Below are positions 56,475-64,000 of a DNA stretch of 64,000 bases, one piece after another. The notes under the pieces are model-generated. The model had not been told where the DNA came from and did not search any database. It saw nothing but the letters and a program-made list of their open reading frames with translations. The position numbers were made by a program, and so were the translations under genes. Within the stretch, counting starts at the first letter, position 1. Every line of letters starts with the position of its first letter. Origin of the DNA: Candidatus Latescibacterota bacterium (GTDB taxonomy: Bacteria > Latescibacterota > UBA2968 > UBA8231); the NCBI GenBank assembly GCA_965204725.1, contig OZ242005.1:1504001-1568000 (forward strand). The letters are read 5' to 3'.

Positions 56475-58694
56475 TTAGGCGGGTTCGAGCTGGGCGTAGG
56501 CGACCGCAATGCGTTTGGTCTGCGTCTTAAAGCGGATGGAGAGCTTGGTCTTTTCGCCGTGCCCTTCGCGGCTGACTATTTGCCCGCGCCCCCATTGGGG
56601 GTGGCGCACCCACTGACCAACGGCGAGGAAGTCGTCTTGGGCGATAAACTCGTCAAACCCGGACGCCTGCTCTGCGTCCCACTCGTAGTGGACGCCTTGG
56701 GGCACCTTCTTTTGTTTGCGGCGCGGCGGGCTGACGCGCTGCCGCGAGCGGGCCACGCCGCGGTCTAGCTCATAGGTCTGGGCCGTCAGTTCAGCGGGGA
56801 TTTCGCCCAAGAACCGCGAGGGCTCGGTGGCAAGCAGCGAGCCGTACGCATAGCGGCGCAGGGCATAGGTCAGGCTGAGCTGCTCTCGCGCCCGGGTCAT
56901 GCCCACGTAGCAGAGCCGGCGCTCCTCTTCAATGGCCTGGGGATCGTCGATGGCTCGGGCGGTGGGAAAGAGGTTTTCTTCGAGGCCGCAGACAAAGACC
57001 AAGGGAAACTCCAAGCCCTTGGCGCTGTGCAAGGTCATCAAGGTAATGGCATTGCCATCGTCGTCGCTTTCGTCGGCCGAGGTCAGCAGGGATTTTTCTT
57101 CGAGATAGGTCGCCAATGTCGAGTTGGGGTTCGCGTCTGCGTACTCGGTCATCTCGGCCAATAACTGGTCGAGGTTTTGCAAGCGCGCCTCGGCTTCGGG
57201 AGTGTTTTCCGCCGCGAGCATGGAGCGGTATTCGCTCTTTTCGACGACGGCAAAGCCCAGCTCGGGCAGGGAGATGGCCTCGGTCGCGGCCCTTAGCTCG
57301 CCGATTAGGTCGGCAAAGGCAGCGAGGCTCTTTTTTGCGCGGCCGCTGAGGCTGGGCACATCGCTGAGGTGGGCCAGCGCCGTGGAAAGGCTCCAGTCTT
57401 GGGTTTGGGCGAAATCCTGCAAGCGGGCGAGGGATGTATCGCCAATGCCGCGCCGGGGCGTATTGACGATGCGGCGCAGGGCCATGTCGTCGGCCGGGTT
57501 GACCAATAGGCGCAAATAGGCCAGCACGTCGCGAATTTCTCGGCGGTCGTAAAAGCGGATGCCCCCGACGATTCGATAGGGCAGGCTGGCGCGCTGGAGC
57601 TCCTCTTCAAAGAGCCGCGACTGGGCGTTGGTGCGGTAGAGCACGGCCGCGTCCCCGAGGCGGTAGCGGCCCAAGCGGTCGTAGCGGCGGATGCAATCGA
57701 CGACGTGGCGGGCCTCGCGGCGGTCTGAGTCGCATTCGACGACTGCAATGGGATCGCCCTCGGGGCCTTCGGTCCACAGCTTTTTGCCCTTGCGGCCTTG
57801 GTTGTGGCCGATGACGGCGTTGGCCGCGGCGAGGATGCGGCCGGTCGAGCGGTAGTTTTGCTCCAGCCGTACGCTGCGGGCGTCTGGGTAGTCGCGCTCA
57901 AAGTCGAGAATGTTGCGGATGTCGGCGCCGCGGAATTGGTAGATCGACTGGTCGTCGTCTCCGACCACGCACAGGTTGCGGTGGTGTGCCGCTAGCTGGC
58001 GGCAGAGCAAGTACTGGGGCCGGTTGGTGTCTTGGTATTCATCGACGAGCAGGTGCTCAAAACGCTCTTGGTAGGTTTGCAGAATGTCTGGGTGGCGGTC
58101 GAATTGGCGCACGACTTCGAGGAGCAAGTCGTCGAAATCGAGGGCTTGGTTGCGGCGCAACTCGCGCTCGTAGTCGGCGTAGAGTTCGGCGATTTGTTGT
58201 TGGCGCTCGCTCGCTTGGCTGGCGAATTCCAACGGGCCGAGCATGGCGTTTTTGGCGTGGCTGATCTGGCTGACGACCGCGCGCGGAGCGAGCTCGCGCT
58301 CGTCGATTTGGTGGGCTTCGAGAACGCGGCGCATGGTGGCGCGGCGGTCGTCTTCGTCGTAGATGGAGAAATTGGGATCGAGGCCAAACTGCGCGGCTTG
58401 GCGGCGCAGGATGCGCGCGCAGATGGAGTGAAAGGTGCCGACCCATAGCTCGGCGACCGCCGAGCCGCCGAGCTGCTCGATGCGCTCGCGCATTTCGCCG
58501 GCCGCCTTGTTGGTAAAGGTTGCGGCGAGGATGCGCCACGGGGGCACGCCGACTTCTTCGATGAGAAAGGCGATGCGATGGGTGAGGACGCGGGTCTTGC
58601 CCGAGCCGGCCCCGGCGAGGATCAGCAGCGGGCCGCCGAGGGCCTCGGCCGCACGGCGTTGCGCCGGATTGAGGGCGTCTAGTAGGCTGGACAT
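56475..58694 (-). CDS. pcrA: ATP-dependent DNA helicase PcrA/UvrD
   Basis: AGAGSGKT, VDEYQD, GDDDQSIY, LEQNYRS, TLHSAKGLEF, EERRLCYVGMTRA, C-terminal Tudor-like 'V.HPQWG.G'. Confidence 0.93.
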   Translation of the reverse strand: MSSLLDALNPAQRRAAEALGGPLLILAGAGSGKTRVLTHRIAFLIEEVGVPPWRILAATFTNKAAGEMRERIEQLGGSAVAELWVGTFHSICARILRRQAAQFGLDPNFSIYDEDDRRATMRRVLEAHQIDERELAPRAVVSQISHAKNAMLGPLEFASQASERQQQIAELYADYERELRRNQALDFDDLLLEVVRQFDRHPDILQTYQERFEHLLVDEYQDTNRPQYLLCRQLAAHHRNLCVVGDDDQSIYQFRGADIRNILDFERDYPDARSVRLEQNYRSTGRILAAANAVIGHNQGRKGKKLWTEGPEGDPIAVVECDSDRREARHVVDCIRRYDRLGRYRLGDAAVLYRTNAQSRLFEEELQRASLPYRIVGGIRFYDRREIRDVLAYLRLLVNPADDMALRRIVNTPRRGIGDTSLARLQDFAQTQDWSLSTALAHLSDVPSLSGRAKKSLAAFADLIGELRAATEAISLPELGFAVVEKSEYRSMLAAENTPEAEARLQNLDQLLAEMTEYADANPNSTLATYLEEKSLLTSADESDDDGNAITLMTLHSAKGLEFPLVFVCGLEENLFPTARAIDDPQAIEEERRLCYVGMTRAREQLSLTYALRRYAYGSLLATEPSRFLGEIPAELTAQTYELDRGVARSRQRVSPPRRKQKKVPQGVHYEWDAEQASGFDEFIAQDDFLAVGQWVRHPQWGRGQIVSREGHGEKTKLSIRFKTQTKRIAVAYAQLEPA

Positions 58695-58696
58695 CC

Positions 58697-59728
58697 TCAG
58701 TTTGTCTGCATGCGCTGGGCTAGCTTGACGCGGCGCTTGGCGCGCTCGTGTTCGCGGTTGGTGCGGCTGAAGATATGGGTGCCGTCGCCGCGGGCGACGA
58801 AGTAGAGATATTCGGTTTTCGCGGGATAGAGCACGGCGAGCAGGGCGGTGCGGCCGGGGTTGCTGATCGGGCCGGGGGGCAGGCCGTGGTGGCGATACGT
58901 ATTGAAGGGCGAATCCACCTTCAAGTCGGCATACGTCAGCCGCTTCTTGGTCGTGCCGAGCGCGTAGTTGACCGTGGCGCAGGATTCGAGGCGGCGGTTG
59001 AGCTTGAGGCGGCGTTGGAAGACGCCGGAGATAATGGGCTGCTCCTCAACGGCCACGGCCTCGCGCTCGACAATGGAGGCCAGCGTCACCGCTTGGTGTA
59101 GCGAAAGGCCCTGTTCTTTGAGCCGCTGGTGTAGGGAGTCGGCGAATACGCGGTGGAATTGGCCGACCATGAGGGAGGCGATGGCGCGTTCATCAGCGTT
59201 TAGATCGAAGAAGTACGTCTCGGGGAAGAGGTAGCCTTCGAGGGTGGCCGCGGTCAGGCCGAGCTGGCGGATGAGGCGCGGGTCTTCGGTGGCGGCGATA
59301 AAGCGGGCCGAGTCTGCCACGCCGGCGGCCTGTAGCTCGCTGGCGATCTGGTGGCGATTCAGGCCCTCGGAAATCAGGGCCGGTCGGGTTTGGATGGGGG
59401 CCTTGAGCAGGGCCTGCGCCGTGGCCACGGTCGTGCCGGTGCCGTCGAGTTGATAGGTGCCCGCTTCGAGCTGGTGCCCAAGGCCCTTGAGCCGGACAAT
59501 CAAAGCGAAGACGTGCGCGTTGTGGATTAGGTTTTCCCGCTCTAGCAACTGGCCGATCCAGCGGGCGCTCGCCCCTTGGGGGATGTGGATCTGGCGCGCT
59601 GGGTATTCGTAGGTGGGCTGGTTCAAATACCACAAGGCCCCCAGCGGCAACGCCGCTCCCACGAGCGAGAGCACCGCGCCGAGTACGAGCGCACGGAACC
59701 AGCGCCCAGACTTGACTTGAGTTGACAT
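58697..59728 (-). CDS. mltG: Endolytic transglycosylase MltG
   Basis: 'LEGYLFPETY', 'LASIVERE', 'SPFNTY...GLPPGPISNPG', 'YLYFVA'. Confidence 0.93.
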   Translation of the reverse strand: MSTQVKSGRWFRALVLGAVLSLVGAALPLGALWYLNQPTYEYPARQIHIPQGASARWIGQLLERENLIHNAHVFALIVRLKGLGHQLEAGTYQLDGTGTTVATAQALLKAPIQTRPALISEGLNRHQIASELQAAGVADSARFIAATEDPRLIRQLGLTAATLEGYLFPETYFFDLNADERAIASLMVGQFHRVFADSLHQRLKEQGLSLHQAVTLASIVEREAVAVEEQPIISGVFQRRLKLNRRLESCATVNYALGTTKKRLTYADLKVDSPFNTYRHHGLPPGPISNPGRTALLAVLYPAKTEYLYFVARGDGTHIFSRTNREHERAKRRVKLAQRMQTN

Positions 59729-59847
59729 GCTGTCGGCCCTACCTGAAAAAGTGATCCCTAGAGGATGCGGGCTGCGAACGCAACGTAAGGTCTAGCGCGA
59801 AAGTAAAGTGTGGATCGGGAATTTGTACAACCAAGGTTGAGAGCGAA

Positions 59848-59917
59848 ATTATAAGAAAAGGCAACCCCTGTCAATCGGCGTCGCTTTCTTGACGCTAGCC
59901 GGGAATCCGGTTAATTT
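59848..59917. promoter_or_regulatory. Divergent sigma70-like promoters (mltG operon / ABC exporter)
   Basis: Minus strand TTGACA (59874-59869)-N15-TATAAT (59853-59848). Plus strand TTGACG (59889-59894)-N17-TAATTT. Confidence 0.5.
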
Positions 59918-59965
59918 CCCAACCTTTTGTCTCGTCGCCTCAACGCCGGCCGCAGGAGATTTTCG

Positions 59966-60919
59966 TTGGATCCCCAAGTACGCATCAGCATTTCGCAGCT
60001 TTCCCACGTCTATGCGGGTACGCGCCCGGAAACGGGCCGCCGTGCGCTCCACCAGATCGATCTCGACATCCACTCCGGGGAAACCATGGCCCTGTTGGGG
60101 CCTAATGGCAGCGGTAAATCCACGCTCCTACGCATACTAACCACCGCACTGGTGCCGACCTCGGGTGTGGTGCGAGTCGGCGACGCGTTCGTGGGGCGCG
60201 ATCCGGGTGCGGTGCGCCGCCAGTTGGGCGTCGTCTTTCAAGAGCCCGCGCTCGACGGGAAATTGACGGTCGGCGAAAACTTGCGGACCGCGGGCTTGCT
60301 CTACGGCATGAGCCGCCGCGCCGTGCGCCAGCGCGGCCAACAGTTGCTGGAGGTCGTCGGCTTGTGGGAACGGCGCGCCGAACGGGTGGAGAAGCTGTCT
60401 GGGGGGATGCGGCGGCGCGTCGAATTGGCCAAGGCGCTGCTGCCGGCCCCGGCTATTCTCGCGCTCGACGAGCCGACGGCCGGTTTGGACCCGGTGGCGC
60501 GCCAAGATTTCTGGTGCCAAGTGGAGGAACTCAAAGCGGGCGAACAGCTCACCGTCGTGGTCTCGACCCACCTGTTAGACGAGGCCGAGCGCGCCGACCG
60601 AGTGGCCATTTTGCACCAAGGACAATTGCTCGTCTGCGGTCCCCCCAGAGCCTTACAGTGCCAGTTGGGGCGCGAAATCCTCACGCTGCGCAGCGACGAT
60701 GCGACCGCGCTGCAAACCGCATTGCGCCGCGCCATGGGCCTAGAAGGCCTAGTGGTCGATCAGGACGTGCGCGTCCCGCTCAAAGGCGACGTCAGCCTCG
60801 ACGAGGTCTTCCAGCGGTTCGGCCCCCAGATCCGCTCGCTGTCGCTGGCACCGCCCTCGCTCGACGATGTGTTCGTGCGCCACACCGGCCAGCACCTCGG
60901 GGAGGGGAAGGCCGTTTGA
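59966..60919 (+). CDS. ABC-2/DrrA-type exporter ATP-binding protein
   Basis: AGGAG RBS plus TTG. GPNGSGKS, LSGGM, LDEPT, STH. Confidence 0.9.
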   Translation: MDPQVRISISQLSHVYAGTRPETGRRALHQIDLDIHSGETMALLGPNGSGKSTLLRILTTALVPTSGVVRVGDAFVGRDPGAVRRQLGVVFQEPALDGKLTVGENLRTAGLLYGMSRRAVRQRGQQLLEVVGLWERRAERVEKLSGGMRRRVELAKALLPAPAILALDEPTAGLDPVARQDFWCQVEELKAGEQLTVVVSTHLLDEAERADRVAILHQGQLLVCGPPRALQCQLGREILTLRSDDATALQTALRRAMGLEGLVVDQDVRVPLKGDVSLDEVFQRFGPQIRSLSLAPPSLDDVFVRHTGQHLGEGKAV

Positions 60920-61679
60920 ACGGCGTCTGGATTCTGGCCCAGCGCGAAGTGCTGCGCTTTTTCCGCCAGCCTTCGCGGCTTTTAGGCAACTTGGTGCAGC
61001 CGCTGATGCTGTGGTTTTTTATGCGCTCGGGTTTTTCCGCCCGCTTCGTCAGCGAGGGCCGCGAGTTGAGCTACGGCGAATTCTTCTATCCGGGCGTCGT
61101 GCTGATGCTCCTGCTATTCGCGGCGATTTTTTCTACCATCACCCTCATTGAAGACCGCAGCGTCGGCTTTTTGCAAGGCGTGCTAGTAGCCCCGGTGCCG
61201 CGCCTGAGTATCGCGCTGGGCAAGCTGGTCGGCGGTACGCTCATCGCCCTCTTGCAGGTGCTGGTGTTTTTGCTGCTGGCGCCGGTGGCTGGCATTGGCT
61301 TGGCCGTGGAGGGGGTCTTGGTGCTCTTGGCCCTGTGCGCCCTGATCGGCATGGGCTTCACGGGCTTGGGCTTCATGGTCGCGTGGAAGTTGGATTCTGT
61401 GGCTGGCTACCACTCGGTAATGAGCGTCGTCCTCATCCCCTTGTGGTTTCTTTCCGGCGCGCTCTTTCCCGTTGAAGGGGCCGCTCCTTGCTCGAATGGG
61501 TGATGCAATGCAATCCCGTGACCTATGCTTTGGTCGTTTTGCGCAAGGCGTTCTACCTAGCACCCGCTCAGCTCATGGCCGATCCAGCGTTTGGGTACGC
61601 CCTGCTGGTAACTGGCGGCTGGACGGTGCTGACGACCATCGGGGCTGCTTGGATGGTGGCCCGCAGCCGCCGGTCCTGA
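60916..61679 (+). pseudogene. ABC-2 exporter permease with a 1-nt frameshift near 61487
   Basis: First frame reads ...FLSGALFPVEGAAP then stops at 61503. The expected 'LLEWVMQCNPVTY' continues in another frame to 61679. Confidence 0.8.
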
Positions 61680-61681
61680 GG

Positions 61682-62095
61682 TCAGAGCCGGTAGAGCATT
61701 AGATAGACCACCACGCCGCTAATCGAGACAAAAATCCACGTCGGCCAGACCCAGCGGGCCAACCGCCGATGGCGAGCAAAATTTTGCTTGTACGCGCACC
61801 AGACGACGAGGGCCACAAACGGAGCCATCAGCGCGGCGAGGACCACGTGGGGTATGAGCACGGCGAAATACAGGGGGCGGGTCCAGTCGTGGTGGGGATA
61901 GGGCACGGAACCTACCTGAACGTGGTAGATCAAATACGAACAGAGGAAGAGCGCGGAGCAGCCGAGAGCGGCCAGCATGGACTTTTGGTGGGCTTGGCGG
62001 GCGCCGCGGCGAATTTGCAGGAAGCCGCGCACGAGCAAAAGCGTGCATAACGTGTTGAGGCCGGCGTTTAGCGTGGGGAGATCGAGAACGGACAC
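61682..62095 (-). CDS. DUF420-family membrane protein
   Basis: 'LPTLNA.LN', 'H.K.M', 'FL.SYL.YH', 'H.RLARW..P.W..VS.SG..VY'. Confidence 0.85.
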   Translation of the reverse strand: MSVLDLPTLNAGLNTLCTLLLVRGFLQIRRGARQAHQKSMLAALGCSALFLCSYLIYHVQVGSVPYPHHDWTRPLYFAVLIPHVVLAALMAPFVALVVWCAYKQNFARHRRLARWVWPTWIFVSISGVVVYLMLYRL

Positions 62096-62118
62096 AGGGT
62101 GAGCGGACAGGGGCTATG

Positions 62119-62175
62119 TAAAAGAGGGCTTGTGCCGTCTGGCTCCGCGTTGAGCCGACTGCTGCACAAGCCCTC
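62119..62175 (-). terminator. Hairpin/terminator downstream of tRNA-Thr
   Basis: 12-bp IR GAGGGCTTGTGC / GCACAAGCCCTC with an inner stem, followed by TTTT on the minus strand. Confidence 0.55.
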
Positions 62176-62184
62176 GTTGGGTTG

Positions 62185-62260
62185 TGGAGCCGCCACCCGG
62201 AGTCGAACCGGGGACCTACTCATTACGAGTGAGTTGCTCTACCAGCTGAGCTATGGCGGC
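62185..62260 (-). tRNA. tRNA-Thr(CGT)
   Basis: GCCGCCATAGCTCAGCTGGTAGAGCA-ACTCA-CT-CGT-AA-TGAGT-AGGTCCCCGGTTCGACTCCGGGTGGCGGCTCCA: 76 nt cloverleaf with encoded CCA. Upstream TTGACA-N17-TAGTTT. Confidence 0.97.
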
Positions 62261-62328
62261 TATGCTGTGCAGTAGAAACTAGGCGGGGCTAGCTACCATG
62301 TCAAGAACTGCCCGGTCTGCGCTGGGCA

Positions 62329-63543
62329 TTAAAAGAAGTTGAATAGTTTGCCCAGCGCGTGGGCGAGGCCGTTGCGAGACCGGTCGGCGTCGGGCGGCTC
62401 GGCTGCTGCACTGTGTTCGTTGGCAACAAAGCGCAATAGGCCGATCGCGGTCGCATAGCTGGGATCGTTGACCGTAACGGGGGCGATTACGTCTTGAGGG
62501 ACGCCAATGCGGACGTGGTGGCCGAGCACCTCCTCGGCGAGCGGGGCGATTTGGTCGAGCGCGGCCCCGCCGCCGGTGAGCACGATGCCGGCGGCCAAGC
62601 GGTCGTGGTAGGGGGTATTGACGAGGGTTTGGCGCACGTATTCAAAAATCTCGCGTTGTCGCGCTTCGAGGATCGCGCTGACTTGCTGCCGGGTTAAGGA
62701 GCAGGCCCGGCCGGCGGTCGTGTGATACGCGACGGGCTGGTCGCCTTCTTCGCCGGAGCAGCTAACGCTGCCGAAGCGGCATTTGAGCTGCTCGGCCTCG
62801 CGCATGGGGATGCTCAAGACGATTGAGAGATCGCGCGTTAGGTCGTCGCCCCCCAGCGGAATTTCTTCCACGTGCCGCATCGGGCCTAGGAACACGGCGA
62901 GGTCGCAGGTGCCGGCGCCGAGATCGAGCAGGGCCACGCCCATGTCGCGTTCATCTTGGGATAAGGTGGCGTGGGCCGCCCCGACGCTTTCGAGGACGAC
63001 GCCGGCGATCTCAACCCCGGCCTTGGAGGCCGCGTGGCGAAAGGCCGTGCATAGATGCCCGTCCGCGGAAACGGTTAGGACCTCAATCGACAGGCGATTG
63101 CCGTGTAGCCAGAGCGGGTTTTGCACCGGCTCGTCATCGACGGCATAGCTCTGGACGAAGCGGTGTATCACCGTCTGGTCCTCGGCGACTTGTTCCTCGG
63201 CGACGGTGAGCAGGGCGCGGTCCCGGTCCTCTTCGGAGATGGGGTTGGAGGAGCCGGAGATACCCACCGTACTCACAGCGCGGTGGGCACTGATGCCTTC
63301 GCCGGCCATGCCGAGATAGGCCCCAGCGATTTTGAGGCCGGTTGAGCGCTCGGCTTCAGCGAGGGCCGTGCGGATGGAGTCTGCTACTTGGGGCATGTCG
63401 ATGACGGCGCTGCGGCGCAGACCGGTGCAGGGGCTTTGCCCTAAGCCCAAAATTTTGACTTGAGAGTTGTTCTGAACCTCGCCGACTAGGCATAGAACTT
63501 TTGATGCACCAACATCGAGAACGACGACGGGGGATCCAGCCAT
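62329..63543 (-). CDS. ftsA: Cell division protein FtsA
   Basis: 'LDVGASKV', 'LDLGAGT.D', 'GG..LT.D', 'AE.LK', 'VLTGGGA', amphipathic C-terminus 'LGKLFNFF'. Confidence 0.9.
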   Translation of the reverse strand: MAGSPVVVLDVGASKVLCLVGEVQNNSQVKILGLGQSPCTGLRRSAVIDMPQVADSIRTALAEAERSTGLKIAGAYLGMAGEGISAHRAVSTVGISGSSNPISEEDRDRALLTVAEEQVAEDQTVIHRFVQSYAVDDEPVQNPLWLHGNRLSIEVLTVSADGHLCTAFRHAASKAGVEIAGVVLESVGAAHATLSQDERDMGVALLDLGAGTCDLAVFLGPMRHVEEIPLGGDDLTRDLSIVLSIPMREAEQLKCRFGSVSCSGEEGDQPVAYHTTAGRACSLTRQQVSAILEARQREIFEYVRQTLVNTPYHDRLAAGIVLTGGGAALDQIAPLAEEVLGHHVRIGVPQDVIAPVTVNDPSYATAIGLLRFVANEHSAAAEPPDADRSRNGLAHALGKLFNFF

Positions 63544-63902
63544 GGTTGGCGTACCTTCTTTCTAATCGCAACCGCAAAGCAGCGCAGTAGGAGCAGGTGG
63601 GGACGAATAGGGAGGAGAGAAAGCGACCGTCTAGCGGCGGCCAGGTGACGAACTGGGGCGATTGCCCCCAAATTACCCGTGCTTACAAGCCAGACAAGGG
63701 GGGAAGCCGGCCCACTGTAAGCATTTGGTAATGATTTGATTTAAGGATATGGAAGGATAGCGAAGCGGCAGGAGAAAGTCAAGCCCGCTGGCGCGCTGGA
63801 AACGGCCTTGACTGAGCCAAGGCTTGCGCCTAAGATAAGCGAAATTGAGAACGTTCATGGGTGTGCTCGCGGTTGCGAGACGCCCGCAAAAAGGAGCGAA
63901 TA

Positions 63903-64000
63903 ATGGCCCGTGGAGTAAACAAAGTAATTTTGATCGGCAATTTGGGCAGCGATCCCGAAGTGCGCTACACGCCGGACGGAGTGCCCGTAGCCAATTTCAG
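63903..64000 (+). CDS. ssb: Single-stranded DNA-binding protein (5' part, truncated by the window edge)
   Basis: [41 protein letters not shown]. Confidence 0.92.
   Translation, partial: MARGVNKVILIGNLGSDPEVRYTPDGVPVANF

Noticed and set aside
62185-62260. tRNA-Thr as a prophage or island attachment site
   Set aside because: No duplicated tRNA 3' end and no integrase seen; the flanks are housekeeping genes.
63673-63858. 61-aa ORF between ftsA and ssb
   Set aside because: Lies in the divergent promoter region, with no recognisable motif or clear RBS.

Overview
GC-rich bacterial chromosomal window. The abundance of FlgD-Ig/CTD-tagged secreted proteins, CRTAC1-type proteins, TPR proteins and a C-terminal 'SWG.IK' motif suggests an FCB-related lineage such as Latescibacterota/Gemmatimonadota; this is inferred from recall, not verified. 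Layout: (1) 1-4.6 kb, two GT-C-type membrane proteins (YfhO-like, DUF2723/TMEM260-like) and a PTS IIA gene. (2) 4.6-10.9 kb, a degenerate SF1 helicase, an active SF1 helicase and a stand-alone Fe-S PD-(D/E)xK nuclease (split AdnAB/AddAB-like), interrupted by a NYN gene and two orphan antitoxin-like genes. (3) 10.9-15.3 kb, an unusual sugar ABC importer, divergent from (4). (4) 15.5-38.6 kb, a 23-kb co-oriented cell-envelope locus: CBM9-like protein, lipoprotein, four paralogous discoidin/Ig proteins all ending in 'AY', a predicted Ca-binding outer-membrane barrel, CRTAC1 and TPR proteins, a double parvulin foldase and a His-motif membrane-TPR fusion. This is the best candidate for an undescribed export/surface-assembly or glycan-capture system. 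(5) 38.6-45.8 kb, a third CRTAC1 gene and a tandem pair of PQQ/GSDH-type propellers, one with a di-heme c module. (6) 45.8-53.7 kb, an AT-richer defence-like island with duplications and deletion scars. (7) 53.7-64 kb, housekeeping genes (miaB, mtaB, pcrA/uvrD, mltG, ABC exporter with a frameshifted permease, DUF420, tRNA-Thr, ftsA, ssb). REP/MITE-like elements occur at 29.7, 40.7, 46.3 and 53.6 kb. No CRISPR array, rRNA, integrase or transposase was seen. All family calls come from motif recognition by eye; no searches were run.
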